From NCBI GenBank assembly GCA_937138345.1, contig CAKZOW010000029.1, positions 1 through 59,172 of the forward strand: 59,172 nucleotides of DNA. Reading direction: 5' to 3'. Under the pieces are notes generated by a model. The model had not been told where the DNA came from. It saw only the letters and a list, made by a program, of their open reading frames with translations, and did no database searches. A program made the translations under genes and the position numbers. Numbering within the stretch: position 1 is the stretch's first letter; every line of letters begins with the position of its first letter. This document shows, piece after piece, positions 57,492-59,172 of this stretch. The stretch comes from an uncultured archaeon. Lineage in GTDB: Archaea > Nanobdellota > Nanobdellia > Woesearchaeales > UBA583.

Positions 57492-58169
57492 TTATTTATT
57501 ATTTTTATCAGAAATTATTTTTCCATCTTTTACTTCTATTACTCTTTGTGCAACTTTTGCAATTTCAGGTTCATGAGTTACAATGATTAATGTTTTTTGT
57601 TCTTTTTTATGAAGTTCTTGAAGAAGTTCAATTATCTGTTTTGAATTTTTGGAATCTAAATTCCCTGTAGGCTCGTCAGCAAATAATATTTCAGGATCAT
57701 TTACTAATGCTCTAGCAATTGCAATTCTTTGTTTTTCACCACCTGAGAGCTGTATTGGATAATTGTTTTTTCTATGACTCATACCTACGGCATTTAGTAG
57801 AGAATTAATTTTTTTAGATTGATTTTTCCCTGCAATTTGGGAGGGTAGTTCAATATTTTCGTATGCATTTAAAGAAGGTACTAGAAAAAATGATTGGAAT
57901 ATAAATCCTATTTTTTTATTCCTGAGTTCTGAGAGTTGGTTTTCATTTAGTGAGAATACATCTTCCTTATCTAGGATAACTTTTCCAGAACTAGGGTTAT
58001 CAAGTCCTGCGATGATACTTAGCAATGTTGATTTTCCAGAACCAGAAGAACCAATTATTGCTACAAATTCTCCTTTTTTTACTTCAAAACTAATCCCTTT
58101 TAAAATTTGAATTCTTTTATCTTCGGTTTTGAAATCTTTAGTAATATCTTTTATAGATAGAATTGACAT
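57492..58169 (-). CDS. ABC transporter ATP-binding protein (MacB/LolD-like)
   Basis: Walker A GSSGSGKST, Q-loop, signature LSGGEKQR, Walker B ILFADEPTGNLD, H-loop VTHE. Confidence 0.92.
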   Translation of the reverse strand: MSILSIKDITKDFKTEDKRIQILKGISFEVKKGEFVAIIGSSGSGKSTLLSIIAGLDNPSSGKVILDKEDVFSLNENQLSELRNKKIGFIFQSFFLVPSLNAYENIELPSQIAGKNQSKKINSLLNAVGMSHRKNNYPIQLSGGEKQRIAIARALVNDPEILFADEPTGNLDSKNSKQIIELLQELHKKEQKTLIIVTHEPEIAKVAQRVIEVKDGKIISDKNNK

Positions 58170-58346
58170 AGTAATGTAGAGTTAATTATGTTTATAAGTT
58201 TGAGTATTAACAGTTCAGATATAAACAATAAGTTTTTATAATATTGAAGTTTAAGTTTTTTAATTTTGAGACTTAGAATATTTTTGTTTGATTTTAAGTT
58301 TACTTCCCTTAAAAGTTCTTGGTCTTTCGGTTTTACTTTAATATGA

Positions 58347-58577
58347 ATTTCTTTAAAAGGAAATGGACATGATGGTTATAATATGTACAGAAGAACTGGA
58401 TATCCAACGAACATTGAGCCAAACTTGGAACTTAACCCAGGTGCGTTTATAAGATCGTTCTTTTATCCAGCTAACGCTGCTAACACAAACTCAGCTTTAT
58501 CACAAAAACAGAATGTTACTGGTCAAGTTTTTTGGGATACTAACCCAGCTTCACCTGGATTTCCTGTTGGAAACTAA
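58347..58577 (+). pseudogene. C-terminal fragment of a SusD/RagB-family (Bacteroidota outer-membrane nutrient-binding) protein
   Basis: MYRRTGYP...R.FFYP......N... resembles SusD-family C-termini. The frame is closed by TGA at 58344-58346, so more than 400 aa of N-terminus are missing. Confidence 0.55.
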
Positions 58578-58593
58578 TTAAAAAAAAGAAAAA

Positions 58594-59172
58594 ATGAAAA
58601 AAATAAGTTTATATTTTTTAATTGCTGCAACTGTATTTTTTACTAGTTGTGAAAGTGATGACAAAGTTGTTTTAGATATAATAGATGGTGTTACAAGTAG
58701 TGCCATTCTTAGAACTAGAAGTATCGAGAATGGAACCTACAATAGGTTTGACACAACATCAATATTTTCTGTAACTGTTGAAGAACAAGATGTTGAAAAT
58801 GGTGCTTTGTTATCTTCAGTAGATGTTTTAGTATCTTTCAAAGACAACAAGGACGATGGTGTTGATAACACTAAAGCAGAAACTGCATATTCAACTATTG
58901 CTGGCAGTGATTTCACTGTTGGATCTAGAGGTCTTCCAGAAGTAAATTTTACAGCTACATTAGCAGAGGCATTAGCAGCAGTTGGTTTAGTTGATGGACA
59001 ATATGATGGTGGCGACACTTTCAACTTTAGATTTGTTCTAAATTTAACAGATGGCACTTCTTGGTCAGCAGCGAACGGTAATGGTAACATTACTGGCGGA
59101 TCCTATTTTAGTTCTCCATACCAATATACTGTTGGTGTAGCCTGTATTCCTGTAACGCCAGTAACTGGCACT
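58594..59172 (+). CDS. Bacteroidota-type surface lipoprotein, 3'-truncated by the window end (not in the supplied ORF track)
   Basis: I translated 193 codons without a stop. The N-terminus is MKKISLYFLIAATVFFTSCESDD (lipobox Cys followed by acidic residues). The upstream region is A-rich. Codon usage is richer in G/C than the rest of the window. Confidence 0.7.
   Translation, partial: MKKISLYFLIAATVFFTSCESDDKVVLDIIDGVTSSAILRTRSIENGTYNRFDTTSIFSVTVEEQDVENGALLSSVDVLVSFKDNKDDGVDNTKAETAYSTIAGSDFTVGSRGLPEVNFTATLAEALAAVGLVDGQYDGGDTFNFRFVLNLTDGTSWSAANGNGNITGGSYFSSPYQYTVGVACIPVTPVTGT

Noticed and set aside
58737-59090. 117-aa minus-strand ORF from the track
   Set aside because: It is an antisense shadow of the open-ended plus-strand lipoprotein ORF 58594-59172, which has a signal peptide with a lipobox and no stops over 193 codons.

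Overview
This is a strongly AT-rich contig whose core markers are archaeal. They include a 5S rRNA 3' end, tRNA-Leu(GAG), an initiator-type tRNA-Met (A1:U72, three G:C pairs in the anticodon stem), ribosomal protein L18e and GatB. There are also three proteins with class-III (type-IV-pilin-like) signal peptides, and TATA-like boxes about 25 nt upstream of many ATGs. By inference this is a small-genome DPANN-type archaeon. Housekeeping genes are few. The window is dominated by three groups. (i) A large secreted or surface repertoire: beta-helix, LamG, GLUG-motif, FG-GAP, DUF285/BspA-like and ELWxxDGT-repeat proteins, aryl-sulfotransferase-like proteins, and a giant S8 subtilase followed by a Kazal-domain protein. 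(ii) Membrane transport: two MscS, CDF, MFS, AI-2E, P-type ATPase, MgtE, TauE and a MacB/FtsX-type ABC system. (iii) Sulfur and redox stress genes: an ETHE1-like persulfide dioxygenase, rhodanese and TauE operon, plus Gpx, MsrA, MsrB and DJ-1. The most unusual signal is structural. At five loci (tRNA-Leu, tRNA-iMet, gatB, mgtE, gpx) the functional 3' end of a gene is followed by a short spacer and then a displaced second copy of the same 3' end. The gatB and mgtE spacers share a 27-28 nt hairpin core. The two tRNA spacers share a hairpin motif and the same architecture. No integrase, transposase, reverse transcriptase or CRISPR array is visible in the window. Other notable points are a recurrent C-terminal FP-plus-hydrophobic-helix signal on six secreted proteins and an 83-bp perfect repeat shared by two gene ends. 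There is also a DGR-target-like C-type-lectin/FGE tail with a hairpin but no retroelement nearby. The last ~0.8 kb is compositionally distinct and Bacteroidota-like (SusD fragment plus lipoprotein), which is probably a chimeric join. Several ORF-track starts (TTG/GTG) were trimmed to the first ATG behind a TATA-like box.
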